Shown in pieces: positions 1-13,618 of a stretch of 64,000 bases of DNA. A program made the position numbers and the translations under genes. Position 1 is the stretch's first letter. Each line of letters begins with the position of its first letter. The DNA lies in the NCBI GenBank assembly GCA_036172245.1, contig JAYWIR010000030.1, positions 1,488,001 through 1,552,000 of the forward strand, read 5' to 3'. Source of the DNA: Raillietiella orientalis. Its lineage: Eukaryota. The notes beneath the pieces were generated by a model. It worked only from the letters and a program-made list of their open reading frames with translations. It was not told where the DNA came from and made no database searches.

Positions 1-2239
1 TGGGTGCTGGAGTGCTGGAGAAACGAGAAGGATCGAAGCATTCAATAAGGGTAATCGGACGAAATGAGGAAGCCCTCATTTCTTCTGATGAGCAAAGAGA
101 TTCTCAAGGGAAAAGAACAAAATAAATCCCGGTAAACCTCCGTAAGGAGGCATCCTCTTGTCCGGAACGTTCGTGGAATCCTGTCCCCTGAATGCGACTC
201 CCATGAGAGTTTCCCACGACTTCTGGTTGTGAAAATATCATCATCCCTTCTTGCCGAAGGCATGTCCTGAAACATCTGTTCCGCATTCACGAACGTCCTC
301 TCTTCTCGTTGACACTGATGACGGGGTCTTTCGAAAAATCGGCCATTCCTCTTTGTTGCATCTATCCTGCTTGCGAAGATGCCAACGTTAGAGCTGGGTG
401 AAGCGAATGAATCTCGAGAGACTGGGATGCTTGCGTAGTAGGTGAGGAACTATGAAATCATTGGAACGCCATAAATGTGAGTTTTCAAATTTCACTCTCT
501 CAGTGGATTTACATAAGGCTTGTTGCTACCATCAAGGAACGGGGAATGACAAAAGAGATCTTAGATCCCCCTGGCGGGCTCCGCCGCTGCAACTGCGTTT
601 CGTTCATGTGAATTCAGAACCTGCTTGTTGCCAAGACCTTGACTATCGGCGGAAGAGCAACTGATCTCCAGTCCAAAAGTTCCCCAAAGCCTTTCATTAT
701 GTTCCGTTACTCTTATTTTTCAGCCGCTGGTGGTGATCCTCTGTAAAGATTGTTGCAACATTCTGTAGCCGCTTCATTTTTAATATTTTTAGCTTGACTC
801 AAAGAGTGCACGAGAAAAGGAATTCTTGCGTTCCATGGAGCTCCTGTGAGAATCAAGCCATCTAGAACTCATTTGATGCTCTGTGCTTCCAATTCAGAGG
901 CGTATTCGGAGTGACCTGAAGATTTGGAAAGTTTTTGCCAAGTAACGTTCTCTCTGGGTCCATCATTTGCACGTGAAATGATCATCCTGGCTGTTACCTT
1001 GCACAATTTCATTATCTGGGATATGCTAACATTTCAAATCTTCTTAAGGAAAATCTTAGTGCCTTCTGATTCCAAGTAGAGTACGAACACATCCTGTTTG
1101 TCCTCTCCCCTCCCAACCGAACATGAAGGACATGCTCAGGTGGTTTCATTGTGTGGATTGCTGGTCTCGCGTGACACATTCGTGAGGAACGGCTGTTCTT
1201 GAAGCCGCTATCTCTTCAGCCCGAGAGCAATACTGTGATCTTACTTCTAGAGAAATCGCAAAGTTCAGAGCATCTCTCGGTTTCAGTTTTTTTCTCCTCC
1301 CTATCCAAACACGAAACGTCCGTTTTGCCATTTTCTTAATTCACACGAATCCTCCTTTCCGTCCCAAGCAGCATTTTCTGTGTGCACTTCCATGTGGCTG
1401 TAATGTGGATCCACAGTCGCGCCATTCAACCGCTTCCTGCATTGAATTTCGGAGTGTTCACGGATCTCCGTGCTATGCAACAAGATTTCCGATCAGTGAG
1501 TCGCTTCTTGTTTGCCTTTCTCAAGGGAACATTTCATCAGCATCTTCAAACCATTCCATGCACACCCTTGGTAGCATGTTAGACACTATTGGCGCTCTGC
1601 GTGGGGTCGTCGTAACCGGTTTGCATTTCCCCTAAATCTAGTGCATGTCAAAGAAGACCTCGAAACAAATGGAGCCCATCAGATTTTATGTCACTGAAGG
1701 GGAAATGTAGTAAGTAACAGTGGGTAACCGTGACGTCACCACATTTTTTCGACTCACCGGAATGGTTATATCTGAACGTGACTGATGAGAGCACACCCCC
1801 AACAGGAGGATTGCCATGTGGAAAAACAAAGTCTCCAGTACCAGCATCATGAGAAAGAAAGGTCGCCTCGGCCTTCTTCTGGAGACGTGAGCGCAGATGA
1901 GACCTGAAAGATGAATGAGATCAACAGGAAACTAACGGTGCCACGATTGTTGCGCCATTCCAGAACGATTCTCCCGGAAAAGTCACGAATGAGGAGGGAC
2001 ATCACCGTGTTCAGAAATGCACCAAAGGCTTGCTTCAAGGACTGACATCTGTTCGCAATCCCAACAAATAGTTCCGGTTCGGTGTCGACAGCTCAGGAAT
2101 AGGGAGCTTATCGTGTTTGCCCGCTCCTTGAGAAGATGACCCATCCTTGAAGCTGTTTAAGCATTCGAAGGAACTGCTTCTTGCCGGAATCGAGGGAACC
2201 AGAAATGAGATTCCGACAGGATGAATATCTTTCTCTTCA

Positions 2240-2480
2240 TTCTTTGGAAAACATATACCAGAATGAAGAGAAAGCAGTTTTCTCCGGAGACTCCTTCCTT
2301 CGGAGCTTTCCTGGATTCATAGGAAGGTCCCTATAAGGTCTTCCCCTAACTTGAAGAGTCACTACACGCACCCTCGGATGAATTGAACGGTGTCAAAGAG
2401 CTTCGTGATCCCCCCTCCCCTCCCCTCCCCAAGGAGGCGAACAGTCTTCAGCACTTCGGGAACCAAAAAAAAAGGGGAAA
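2240..2480 (+). repeat. 3' portion of the same repeat family
   Basis: 'ggtcccta.aag..t.ccc.aacttgaagagt' and the following A-rich tail match the reverse complement of 7790-7920. Confidence 0.45.
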
Positions 2481-4016
2481 AGAATCTTGAAGGAAAGCAG
2501 TGAAAGCGGAAGAATTCAAGAATGTCCATTATCCTAGGCCAACGGTAACGATTTCCCCTACTGATCTTTCTTTTTTAGAAACAAAAAACAAAAGTCTTCC
2601 TGATAGAAGACTCTTTTTCGTGCAAGATGTGCCATTTCGTCGCGCCGGACGCCGAAAGTTTTTCTGGTTTGTAAGGAAGGAGGCCGGCTGAAGGCACGCG
2701 GGGGTTTCCAGACATCCTGACCGTGCAGCACGCTAGCAGAGGGTACAGAATTGAAATACCGTATGGAACACAGCAGCTCAGGATGCTCAACTTGATTCCT
2801 CTCAGGAAGCGGGGACCTCTGGTTCTCTCTTGAGCTCCAAGCACGCAAGGAACACTTTGTCCGAGTTGAGGCGTTGGGGGTTTATAAGGACCCCATGATT
2901 TGTCTTGGTTTTCCTTATCTCCGTGTAGCCCCACCTTGCCTCGCCCACATGGCCACGTTGCGAAGCATCCCTGATGATATTCGCATAGTTGCCATTGCAG
3001 GATGCTGCGCACATAACCTAGAGCTCTGGAAAACGCAGGGAATTTTATCATATGGCTGCCCTGTTTTCCCTTAATATCTGTGGGCAGGCATCGGAACGCA
3101 CCATCCACTTCGTTGATGGGACAGCTGGATTGTCTCAAAGGATCTTTTGAGAGATTCATGGAAATTGTTCCATGACTTTTGAGAAAATTGAAACGGATGT
3201 TGGAGCGAAGAGAACGCACCGTCCCAGGTGCTTTGATTTCCCCCGTGTTATGAGGGAAGGCGGTGGTTCGAAATGATCTGCGTTCTACGAATGCGACGTC
3301 AGCAGAAAAAAGCAAAAAAACAGGAAAGGAAAGGAAAAAGGATAGGATGGGGTGGGGAAACCAGATTAATTGGTGCATGATGGTGATCATTAGAAGGATC
3401 CGTGCAAATTCTCCCGATGTGATATAGATCTATAAAGATCTCGATTCGCTGTTCCCGGACGCAGGTGATGACACCAGGCTCATTTTATTTTATTTTTTCT
3501 GCCAGAAGGCGCAGACTTCTTTTCAGCTTCTTTCCAGGTGAAACCTGCATTGATCCCCACTGAAGAGCGGAGATCATCGTCACGGTAGGAAACATGCTGC
3601 GGGCAAGCGGGCTGACCCACTTGGGTCCCACCTTTCTCTTGAAGCTTCCAGGGGATTCGTCGGCGCAGATTAGAACCGCTGTCCCATAGTTCCAGCTCCT
3701 CTGCCCCAAAGCATCGAGCTGAAGTGAGGCGTCACTCGCCCGAGGGCTTTTATTTTCTATGTTATTTCTGAGACGAATGCCGGAGAGAATCCTTCACGAT
3801 TCCCACTATCTTATCCTGCGAAGGCTCTCCCACATCTGTTCATCTCGACTAGAAACCTAAGATCTTCCCCGAAACATGTCCTTGAGCTGTGCTGGATCGT
3901 ACAGCACTACACTTTTCCTGACCTTTGCGAACTCATCGGGTACCTCGCCGTTCTTGATCCTCTCTTTAGAGCCGTTACCAAGGCTGGTTTCCCCCTCCTC
4001 GCAGTCCCGTCGTCAA

Positions 4017-4067
4017 GTCCCATAGTCCCAGTGTGACGAGGTGACCGTCACGCTGGGACTATGGGAC
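4017..4067. other. Near-perfect hairpin: 22-bp stem, 7-nt loop
   Basis: gtcccatagtcccagtgtgacg-aggtgac-cgtcacgctgggactatgggac, with 21/22 Watson-Crick pairs plus one G-T. Confidence 0.9.
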
Positions 4068-4354
4068 GACTATATGGTGTGGATAGTCCAACTATCCTGA
4101 GCAGCAGCGCCGTATCAGCCGTCTGGAGAAACTCGCCCTGGCAGAGATATCAGACAGAGTTAGTCTATTACCCGGATCTCAGCTTGTGGTCACTGAAGAC
4201 GTCCACTACCTCGTTGTTATGATAAGAAGGAAGACGGTTCTTCTGTAGCGTGGTAGGTCACCTACCGCATCTCTGAGTCACCATGCCCATTGGCAGGTGG
4301 AAAACCTCTCGCCTAGAGAACAGCTAGAAAGACTTCCAGCTCAGGGGATCTCCA

Positions 4355-4670
4355 AAGATGGATGGAATCTCTGAGGATTCCCAGGGAGAAATTCGAGATT
4401 ACGTACTTCCTGGTGGACGCCTCTGTACTCACTCTTCGGTGCCAGCAGACTGCCATCTTTCTGGTGCATTGGGCGGTCTCCCGAAACGAGGAAAGCCACC
4501 ACGCCTCAGCGATGAGAATGCCCGAGAAACGTCCCCACTGAGGGACAGCGGAGACACCCCTACACGTCCTGCTGTTGCTGCTGGAACGTGGGAGGCTGCT
4601 CCAGGGACGAGAGCGCATCCTTGAAGCACTCTGGTTCCACGGTGTCTCCCCAGAAGATTTCTTTCGAGAG
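4355..4670 (+). repeat. Dispersed repeat; inverted copy at 19580-19904
   Basis: MDGISEDSQGEIRD...PPRLSDE.ARETSPLRDSGDT appears in both ORF 4358-4624 (+) and ORF 19512-19940 (-). Confidence 0.9.
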
Positions 4671-6801
4671 ACATTCGAGTCTCCAGGCTTGCCGGTCGCC
4701 TCCTCACTGACGACGCTTTGTCGCGCACGAGCAACTGTGGCTGCTACAGTGGAGGGAGGAGGACTTCGACCGGCGCCCCGAAGAGCCGTTGGTGATTGCC
4801 GTCGTCTGCACGCGAAGGGCGACGAAATAGAGCTCTCTGGGCGTAGTGCGGGATGAGGGGACCTTCGAGCGCTTGTGGGCAGGCTGACAGTGCCAGGGTC
4901 AGAGCATTTCCGGCACCCTCCCTCCCTTCCCTGCCCGATGCAGGCCTTCGAGGATCAAGTGGAATGTCGTGAGGCGGGTTCCCCCATCACCTGTTTATTT
5001 GTTTACCAGTAGTCCCCCCCTTCCTCTTCTCTCCATTTCTGTCCCCTGCGAAGGTAGCAGTCCCCTTTTTTGTACAGATCCTCGACCACAAGGGTTTCGT
5101 CTCAGTAGATGGCACTGTGGTGGCTGCTCTACCAAGTGGCTAAACACCTCAGTGGGTACACAAGTCGTCCACAAACGATTCGACAGCTCACACGCTTCAA
5201 GCAGGAAGCTGGATACAATCCGGATTGAGGAAACGGGCGCATCCGCAGACTGAGTAGCTCCGGGCAGAGGTTACGCGCGCTGCCCGAATGCGCGAGGTTT
5301 TCTCTTGCCGGGAGTTCACAGGGCTGAGGGACCCGTCCCTGGAGAACAGACGAAACGTCCCAGACGGAAGTCCTCCCGACACCGGAAGGGGGATGGCGCC
5401 GTTCGACTAAGACGGATTCTGTCTAGAGGCGTTCAGACATAATCCGGCGGATGGTAGCCTCACTCCGCCGGCCGTTCAGCCAAACACGTGCACCAAGTGT
5501 CCGGACCACACTGAGCGGAATTTCCATCGCCACAACCTTTCATCGGTGCGATGAAAATGAACCTGCCTTGCGAGGGTCTGAACCCAGCTTTCCTGCTCGT
5601 AGGAGAAAGATCCCGTTGCCATCAAATGATCAGAAGGCGATGCCAGAAGGGAACGCCACAAAACTGCTGTCCCTGTCGCCAGGCCTCGCTTTTACGGTCC
5701 ACATTCGTACAGAGAATCTGGGTCAAGCCGCCTGTTCCCTCTTTGCTCTACTCGAGGTCCTCGCTGAGACGGAGTGACCCCAGTGTATTCCCAAACTTCA
5801 AACCAGATTTCATTGCTCGCAACAAGTGGCCTCGAAAGTCTCGAAGATATCTCAACCGCTGTCATCATCGCAAGTCCAACGAGAGTCGTCTTCCTGCTAT
5901 CCGCCTCGCAGTCACACCTGCGGTTCTTCCGCAGTCAGAAGCAGCCCTTCGAAGCGATCGGTTGCGGCATAGGGAAGATGGTGCTTTTGCAGCGATGGGA
6001 GAGATTCTGTTTACCTAGCAAACAGGCTATGGCGACGTAGTATGCAAGCCTCAGCATGCCTACAGCGCTTTACCTGTGAGTAAGAATCGAATTGTGCTCG
6101 AGTTCATGGCCGTACAGCAAGCAGACAGATCAAAGACAGTTGCCCGTAAGGAGATGCAGTTAACGAGACTAGAAATATCCCCTTAAGAGCTGATAACCAA
6201 ATAGGAGTTTTCCTCGATCTTCGTCCTCCATCGGAAATCATATTAAGAATGCAACAAGAGCAAGGTTTCTCGTGTCTCAAGGCATGGCAGTTTTATAGAA
6301 AACTTATCATACGAATGCATGTATGCACAGAAGGCGTATGTATCTGAAAGCATCAATGATTTCGTGCACAAACATATTCTTATACACATGTTGGCACGGG
6401 ATGTATTCTTGTCCAATCACTAACACATGATTCTATGTGCCCAACGAAGTACATCTCCAAAGTTGCGACAGTAAATTGTTAGGAATTTTTCCAAGAGAGT
6501 CCTCCTAGTATCCACTTCATATTTTAGATTACTATGGCAAGTCTAATCATTAAAAAAGTACTCAAGTGCAGTCCAGGTGAAAATCACTAATCTGAAGCTG
6601 CAATGAGCTAGGCGAAGACGAGACGGAAATGACGTTTTCTACCTGTAGTTGCTTATTTTCCTAAAGGGTATGATAATTCCTTGCTTCTGAATTTGCTACA
6701 TTCCCTATTTAGGAGTCCAAGTCGAAGAATGCAACTCAAAAAGTTTAGCATGCGCCCCATTTCGGTTCAGTCCAGATCAGATGAAAAATCCAGATGATTA
6801 G

Positions 6802-7700
6802 CACCCGGTTAAGCCGTGCACTTATTACGTAAAGTAATAAAAATACATTTGGTCCTACCACGTGCTTGGAATCTGCCGAAGAGCTGTGCGCAGACCGGCG
6901 AGGTCCACTTCGGCAGCGTGGGGCAAAGGAAAACAAAAGACACACAAAAAAATAAACACACAAAAACAGGGGAGGGGAAATTTTACACGGAGTGGGAGGG
7001 AAAGGGTACCGAGGTAGGGCTCACGGAACGCTGCCAGGCGTCCTCTGCATCCTGCCCAGGATGCTAGCAAGTTCTGTACGTATAACGCCCAGGTGGGGCT
7101 ATCTCGAGGCGCTCTTCAGGAAGGTCCGCGCTCAGTGGATTGCGTCCCAGCCATTTCGGTCTTTCCTTCTGGCGTTCCAGGCCACCATGATCCCGAGGAG
7201 ACAGGAGGAGGGATCTGCGAAGGACGCGGCCGGCAGCAGTACGGAACCACGCACGAAGAGGCGTCTGTCCATGGGGCTGCCCACCGGAATACCTAGGGTT
7301 GTCACGAGGCAATTCCAAAGGGGTCGGAGGGTAGCCCAGTCCAACGTCAGGTGCTGGAAGGTATCCTTTCCGCACCTGCCACACTCTGAGCGAAGTCCAG
7401 TGGCGAAGGCGCGCTTTGCACAGGATTCCCCCATACAGCACCAGCAACGCCAACTCCCGCCAATTGAGAGGGAAAGCACCACTGTTCTAGCATGCTGTCG
7501 GCCACTTCATCTCCTCCGGAGGGATGCCGAGCAGCTCTCCCCAGCGTAGGAGTCCTTGGAGCGGGACACTCGGAGTCGCAGCGCCCGTCACCTCCCGAGT
7601 TGTCCACGCCGCCAGAAGTATCGTCTTTGCTGCTGTGCAGCACATTACTCCCCACCTTGCCAGAATTATGCTTTCCCTTGCGTCCCAAAGGGAGAGCGGC
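6802..7700 (-). mobile_element. 5'-truncated non-LTR element (ORF2 C-terminus + 3' end)
   Basis: WGELLGIPPEEMKWP and CGRCGKDTFQHLTLDW (CCHC-like) motifs are shared with other copies. The terminal hairpin motif is at 6802-6826. Confidence 0.75.
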
Positions 7701-7789
7701 ACTGGGGCAAGGGGGCAAAAATCCAGATTATGGAAATCCTTCGGGGGTTCTTTGGTTTTCTCTACTCCCTTTCTAGCCTTTTTGTTTTT

Positions 7790-8468
7790 TTTTCGGTTCG
7801 CAAAGCTCTGAAGAACTGCTCATCTCCTAAAAGGAGGCTCACAAAGATCTTAAACACGATCCACGCGACCCCAGGGTGTGTGTAACTCTTCAAGTTGGGG
7901 ACAATCTTGTAGGGACCACCCTATAAAATCCAGAGGGAGGAGTTCGTTCCTCTTGGGTGGGAACTTCGAAAGGAACCTCTTTCCCAATTCTCCCCAGAAG
8001 AGCCAGTTCGAAGGAGCCACTCTCCATTCCTTCTCGAAAGGAATCCACAAAGGATCCGATTCTTGCTTCCTTCTCTGAAGAGGATCTCGAAGATACACCT
8101 CCAAATTTTTCGGAAGGGAGCATTCCAAAGAAAGCAGCACTCTTTTTCAACGCTCTGGAGAGGCAACCCAGAGGGGGGGATCAATCAGCTCCATGAAATG
8201 GCTCCAGCTTCACATCCGGAGGGAACCCCAAAGGGAATCAGCTCCTTGATTCCTGGAAGGACCCTGGAGGGTCAAGTTTTGATTCTGGTCCGTGGAAGGG
8301 GGGCATGTGGCTTCCGACAGTGCCGCATCCCAAGCCAACAGGAAGATGGGTACTGGAAACCCACGAAACACGTCCCATACTCGGATTCGATCCTCCAACG
8401 TGGGGATTCGAACCCGCAGCTCTTGGTGCTACGCCAGAGACCGCAGCCACGAGGCCGCCAACGCGGGC
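7790..8468 (-). mobile_element. Second copy of the tRNA-headed SINE-like family
   Basis: The reverse complement starts GCCCGCGTTGGCGG with a B-box at 8414-8404. The 3' part matches 2325-2470 (+). Confidence 0.55.
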
Positions 8469-10159
8469 ACTGCCATTTCGCTGCTAGGACTTCATAAAGG
8501 GAACAGTCGGACCGGGTTCGTCTAGGGGTCTCCGTGAAAATTTGAGTACCTTAGCTTTTTAGCAGGAGGCTTATGCGTCTCAGTGGCGATGCCCTCAAAA
8601 AGCACAGAAGGCTCTTGGCCCGTTTTTCGATGGCAGGTACTATTTACCGGAGCAAGGCTCGATCTGAAACTTCTTTCTGCTCCATCCTGCTTTTTGTTTG
8701 TTCCTTCCCACCGAGGAGGGGACAATCGGAGAACTGACGTTCCTCCACCCACGCAATCGCAAATAGACGAAGCTCTTTTTTTTTTTCCCCATGAAACAGC
8801 TTGTCTCTTTGCTGGAAATCAAGGATGGACCCCCTACTTCTCTGTGAGCTTCCATGCCTGGCCGCAGGAACCCGCGTCTGCCTGGGGGCTCCAGACCAGC
8901 GCCAGCCCCGAAGATGTCGTCCGGTCCAACGGTTCGGCAGGATGCACTTGCAGTGAATCGTCGAGGGACTGACGAAGCGCCTCACATTTTCGATCAGAGG
9001 ACTGTCTTCCCTATGGGAGAGCAGCAGCAGCTGCCAACCGGAAAAGTGGGAATTATTCTGCACGGTCGAATGCGTTGAGAAACTCCTAGGCGGATGCTCC
9101 TTCGAAGAACCGGTCAACGCAGCTACGCCCTGCAATAAGGAGGAGGGACTGCGCTGATAGGCGGGAACTCCGAGTTGTCCCTGGAAGAACCGTCCGCCCC
9201 CCCCCCCCTTTCTTCCACTGGTGCTCTTCTTGTCACTGGAGTCCCACTTGCAACGTGCTCACGCACTGAGCAGTGAAAGGAAGCATCTCTCTGAAGTATT
9301 CCAGGTGCGGGAGATAGAATCGTTCTCACACTTGTTGACAAACTGAGACGTTTTCTCCTGGCTCTGGGAGCGTCCCTCTCTTCAGCTCCCCCGCGCCCTG
9401 CCAGCTGACATGCTGCGTCGGTTCTTCGCTTGCCAAGGACTCTCGTCAGGCCATTGTGATCCCAACGTTGCGCTTCATCTGCGGCATCCTGGAGGTATGC
9501 TACTCGCTGGAGATGCTGCAATGTTGCCAATCCAGAAAGTTTGCAGGTAGCTTCGGCTGAAAAACCAAGTCGCTATGGAGACCGGGAGTTGTTGTGGAGG
9601 CTCCAGGAGTGGGGCGACGTATCTTCTGTTCCCGATAATCCTTCAAGAATTTATTTCTTTATTTACTGTCCCTTTCCCGCTCCTGCCCTCACAATTCTTG
9701 GAGCTAATGACCTGCGGGTCAGCAAGTCCTCTCGGCAGAACTTTTGTCTCCTTCTTTCTTTGGATTCACAAGTAACTTTGTTCCCCGTTATTTGTGTGCT
9801 TCTTTTCGGTAAACAAACGCACGGAGTCACAGGAAGAGGGGTCCCATGGAGACAACTGTACCAGCCTCTTTTCTGAAGAAGTCTCTTGAGATTACATCAA
9901 GGTATTTCGTGGCGATATCCACGGAGACCCTACGCGGATCCAGTTCGGGTGCCTTAGAAGCAACGACCTTCGACTTCATTCCATTCGCTTCGCTTCATGT
10001 CTGCCCCCTGGAGTAACAAATCGAAGAATTCCTCCAAGGACGCTGACGGGATTGACTTGGGAAGGAGGAAAAAATGGCCGTCGGGTGCATGGATTTTGTA
10101 CAAGGACAGGAGAACAAGAAAACATGCCCTTGTACAAGTGTTCGATAGTAGTTCTTAGA

Positions 10160-10560
10160 ATCCAAGAAGGCTCCGGAGGAAATAGTCTGTTCCCCTTGCG
10201 CTTGGTGGGGAATCCCGAAGGTAATGACTTTCCTATTCTCTCCGTAGGTATCACCCGGAGGGGGCCACTCCTCATTTCTTCTCCGAAAGAAACCTCGAAG
10301 GGACGCTCCCAGATTTCTCTGAAGGGCTCTCCCCGAAGGAAGCAGCGTGCTTCTAACACTCTGGAAACGCAATTCCCAGAATGGGGTATCCGCCAGCTCC
10401 ATGATACGCGATGGAGGGACCCTTCCAGAGAGAGAGGGAAGCTCCATTTTCACAAGTGGATGAGAATCCCGGAGGGAACCAGCTCCTTGATTTCTGGAAG
10501 GACATCTGGAAGGCCAGCTCCTAATCCCGGCCCGTCAGCGGGGCATCCGAGGGTTTCTGG
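10160..10560 (-). repeat. Headless copy of the same SINE-like family
   Basis: 'ccggagggaacc...agctccttgatt.ctggaaggac' is shared with 8216-8265. Confidence 0.5.
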
Positions 10561-10679
10561 CTTCCACGAGTACCGCATCCGAAGCCTCACGGGCGTGTTT
10601 TTCGTTCATTCCGCGGTTAGTATATCGTCTTATTTTTCTTAAGTTGTCTGTTGTGGTTCCGGTGGTTGTGAAGGCAGCG

Positions 10680-12014
10680 ATGCCTGACACTACCATCAAC
10701 GAAGGCCAGGAGGAGATGCCCGCATCTTCCCCAGAGGCTATGGAGGTGGGGGTCTCTGTCCCCACAGAATCGTCCCTTGCAGCAGTGAGGACCTGGAACG
10801 CCGTGGCCGCGGCCCTGTCGACGGCAGCCATGACTGAACAAAAGACCTACATTGAAGAGGGCTCCAACCCGGTCCTCCTCTACCAGGTGAGGTACTTATA
10901 CAGTCCGGAGAGCGTGGGCGCCTTCCTGAAGGCGATGTACGCTCACGGCATCCGACAAGGGGAGCTTCTTGCGATGTCCGTCCGGAGAGGGAGTCAATAC
11001 GTTGAGGTGGTCTGCAAGCAGACAGACTTTGCCCAACAATTGTTGAAGACCCCTATTGCGATGGGAAACTGGAGGCTCCTCCCGATCACAATGGACCGCT
11101 CAATAGTTCACCACCTGGGTGCGCCGAGGCGTTTATTTAATTATAAACAAACAAACATGTGTAGGCCCTACAACGTCTGGAAAAGTTGCTCTCCGGCCGA
11201 TACTGGTCCACCTCCTTGGGATAACGATGCGCATGACCGAGGAGGCCGTCCGCAGCGAACTTGGCAAATATGGCACGGTCCACGCTCTGTGGGCGAAGTC
11301 CTCTCCATTCGTGGAGCATAGCCCGCTTCCGGGTGACCTCGTGGCTGCGTGGTTTACCGCACTCAAGGGCTGTGGGTTGCCCCACAATATACAGGTCGCC
11401 GGGGAACCGGTGGGCCTGTGGTACGTGGGGAAATCCGAGTACTGCGGCCATTGAGAGTGCTCGGAGCACCTGAAAAAGAGGTGCCCAAGTGTACAATGCC
11501 ATCAGTGCGGCAGTGCGGCGCACAACAGTACGGTGTGCCCACAAAGTACCGTCCGCGTCGCATCTGCCAAAAATGGCAAAAAGCTCTCTGCCCAAAAATT
11601 GAAAAAACTGACAGCAAAAGCCTCGCGAAGGACCCTACCACCGCGTCCCAGACTGAGGCCGACTCGGAAACTCCAGCGAAAAATGCTGGAGCCACCGGGG
11701 AAAAGGGCCAGGAGCTTGGACGGCTACATCCAAAAAACAAGCAGGAGAGGAAAGAAAATAAAATCGCAAAGAGCAGCGGAAATCAGCTGCGTCGCGAAAA
11801 AACAAGGGGCCGCCGTGTGGTCGTAGAACGCGTTCCCACGATCGACCGGCGCGGCGCTGTTGCACTCGTGGTTGCCACGCCACCCCCCGAGAAAGTAAAG
11901 GAGGAGGGGAGCGAGGCGTCGTCGTCCGTCGGAAACGACGTCGCTTTCGAGCGAGCAGCAGAAGAGCTCGCTGCTAGCTGCAGCGACCCTTCAAGACCAA
12001 GAAAAAGGCTCTGA
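10680..12014 (+). mobile_element. Non-LTR retrotransposon ORF1 (L1/Tx1-like), decayed
   Basis: RRM-like ILVHLLGITMRMTEEAVRSELGKYGTV, then zinc knuckles CGH*xxxxHxxxxC and CHQCGSAAHNSTVC at about 11440-11540, then a basic low-complexity tail. Frameshifts and a stop are present. Confidence 0.8.
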
Positions 12015-12052
12015 GGCGCCCGGCATCTACGAAGAGGTTGGAGATCTCTTGT

Positions 12053-13440
12053 TACTCGGGTGCACCGGGGCGTTTATTCTTTCGAACAAACTTTTCACAA
12101 GATCTGTGGCATGCACTAGATGTCGGAAGCCTGCCGGGTCACCGGTGCGCAGACAGGTGCGGTTTACCTAGGCAGCAGAGGGGAGGGGGCAAAAACAAAA
12201 AGAAAACAAAAAAATAAAAACAAAACTGGGGAGGGAACGGGTAGGGATCACTGTCTGCTGGGAGGGTCCGTCATCCTCTGAAGGATGCCAGCAAGCTGTT
12301 GCTGAATGGTGGATGTCAGATGGGGCCATCGCGTCGCCATCCTCAGGGAGCGGGCGGCGTACACTGTGGCATCCCTGCCGCTGGTTCTTCCCGTCGCTTT
12401 GCTCCACGCAGAAACGACCCCGCGTAGGCAGCACAGGGCTGCAAGCGAGGCCGCTGGAGGCAGAGCGTCACGGACGAAGAGGGGTCGCAGAGCGTTCTGG
12501 GGTTACCTCCAGGGATTCCAAGGGCCGCGGCAAAGCGTTCCCACAGGGGCCGGAAGGCAACACAATCCACTAACAGCTGGGGGAGGTATTCCCTCTCCCC
12601 GCACCTGTCACAATTGGGTTGACACCTCCCCGCATCCAGTGGTGTCGACGGGCGTTGCATTGGAGACCCCAATGCAGCACCAAAAGCGCCGACTACTTTT
12701 ACTTCATGGGGAGGGTGCGCGTGTCCATGAGCACCGGGGGTCATTTCAGGTGTTCCACCGGAACATTCAGCAGCTCGTCCTAGCGCAAGAGTCGATGTGG
12801 GGTGGTACTCGGGGTCGCGGCGCTGACCAGCTGACCCGTTCTCCATTCCCCGATTCTTTTCTCCGTCCCGGAGATTTTGACGAAAACTTCCCATCTTGCC
12901 GCGATGTCGCTGCCCAGATGTTCCCTCAGGGAGGACAGCGCCGCCACAAGAGAGGTTCTTCCTGCCCATGTGCTTTTTCGGGGATCCTCCAGAATCCCTC
13001 GGAGCGTGCACTTTCTGTGCCGCACGAGCAGGAATCTTCGCACCTGTTCCGCGCGTTGCCCGTGGATCCTCGCCCACAGGCGAACGGTTTCCTGGAGCCA
13101 GGCAGTACCGTTCGCGGGGCGGATCGAGATCCATCCCGGGTTCGTCCTCGCGAGTTTGGACGCCCTCCGAAGCTGGGGTTCGAGATCTCGGACTCCGAAG
13201 CGGAAGCCCGAAAAGCAACTTCCGCCTCCGCTGCATCCCTCTGGAAGTCTTGGCGCAAGTCCAAGACTCGCGGAGGCACATCGCCCCAGTCGAAGGGGAA
13301 GAGATCGCCTCCGGAAGCGAAGGTACCATGAGCGTAAGAACTCGGGACTCGTCGCCCAAACGAGTACCTCACTCCGACGCGGAGGGGATGGAGGCCGTCC
13401 AGGTGCACATCGTCATCCCTGAAAGCATCAGGTCCATTCG
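12053..13440 (-). mobile_element. 5'-truncated non-LTR element nested between ORF1 and ORF2 of the + element
   Basis: NCDRCGEREYLPQLLVDCVAFRPLWERF motif and the terminal motif at 12053-12078. Confidence 0.75.
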
Positions 13441-13477
13441 CCTTGCACTGATACCGGGAATCGCCTCTTGCCCTCGT

Positions 13478-13617
13478 CTGAGGATCGCCTGCAGGAACGT
13501 CAACGGGCTACGCAACGACGGCAAGAGGCATGACGTAGCCACCACCCTACGCTCCTTCGACCTTGTGTTGCCGCAGGAGACACACCTCATCTCCGCAGAC
13601 CATGCGCAGAAGATTTC
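13478..13617 (+). mobile_element. Start of ORF2 APE endonuclease, probably of the same + strand element, truncated by a nested insertion
   Basis: LRIACRNVNGLRNDGKR...FDLVLPQETH matches the NVNGL and QETH motifs of LINE APE endonucleases. Confidence 0.8.
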
Positions 13618-13618
13618 T

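Noticed and set aside
80..340. CTGATGA cores suggesting hammerhead ribozymes
   Set aside because: No properly paired stem II closing onto GAAA could be drawn.
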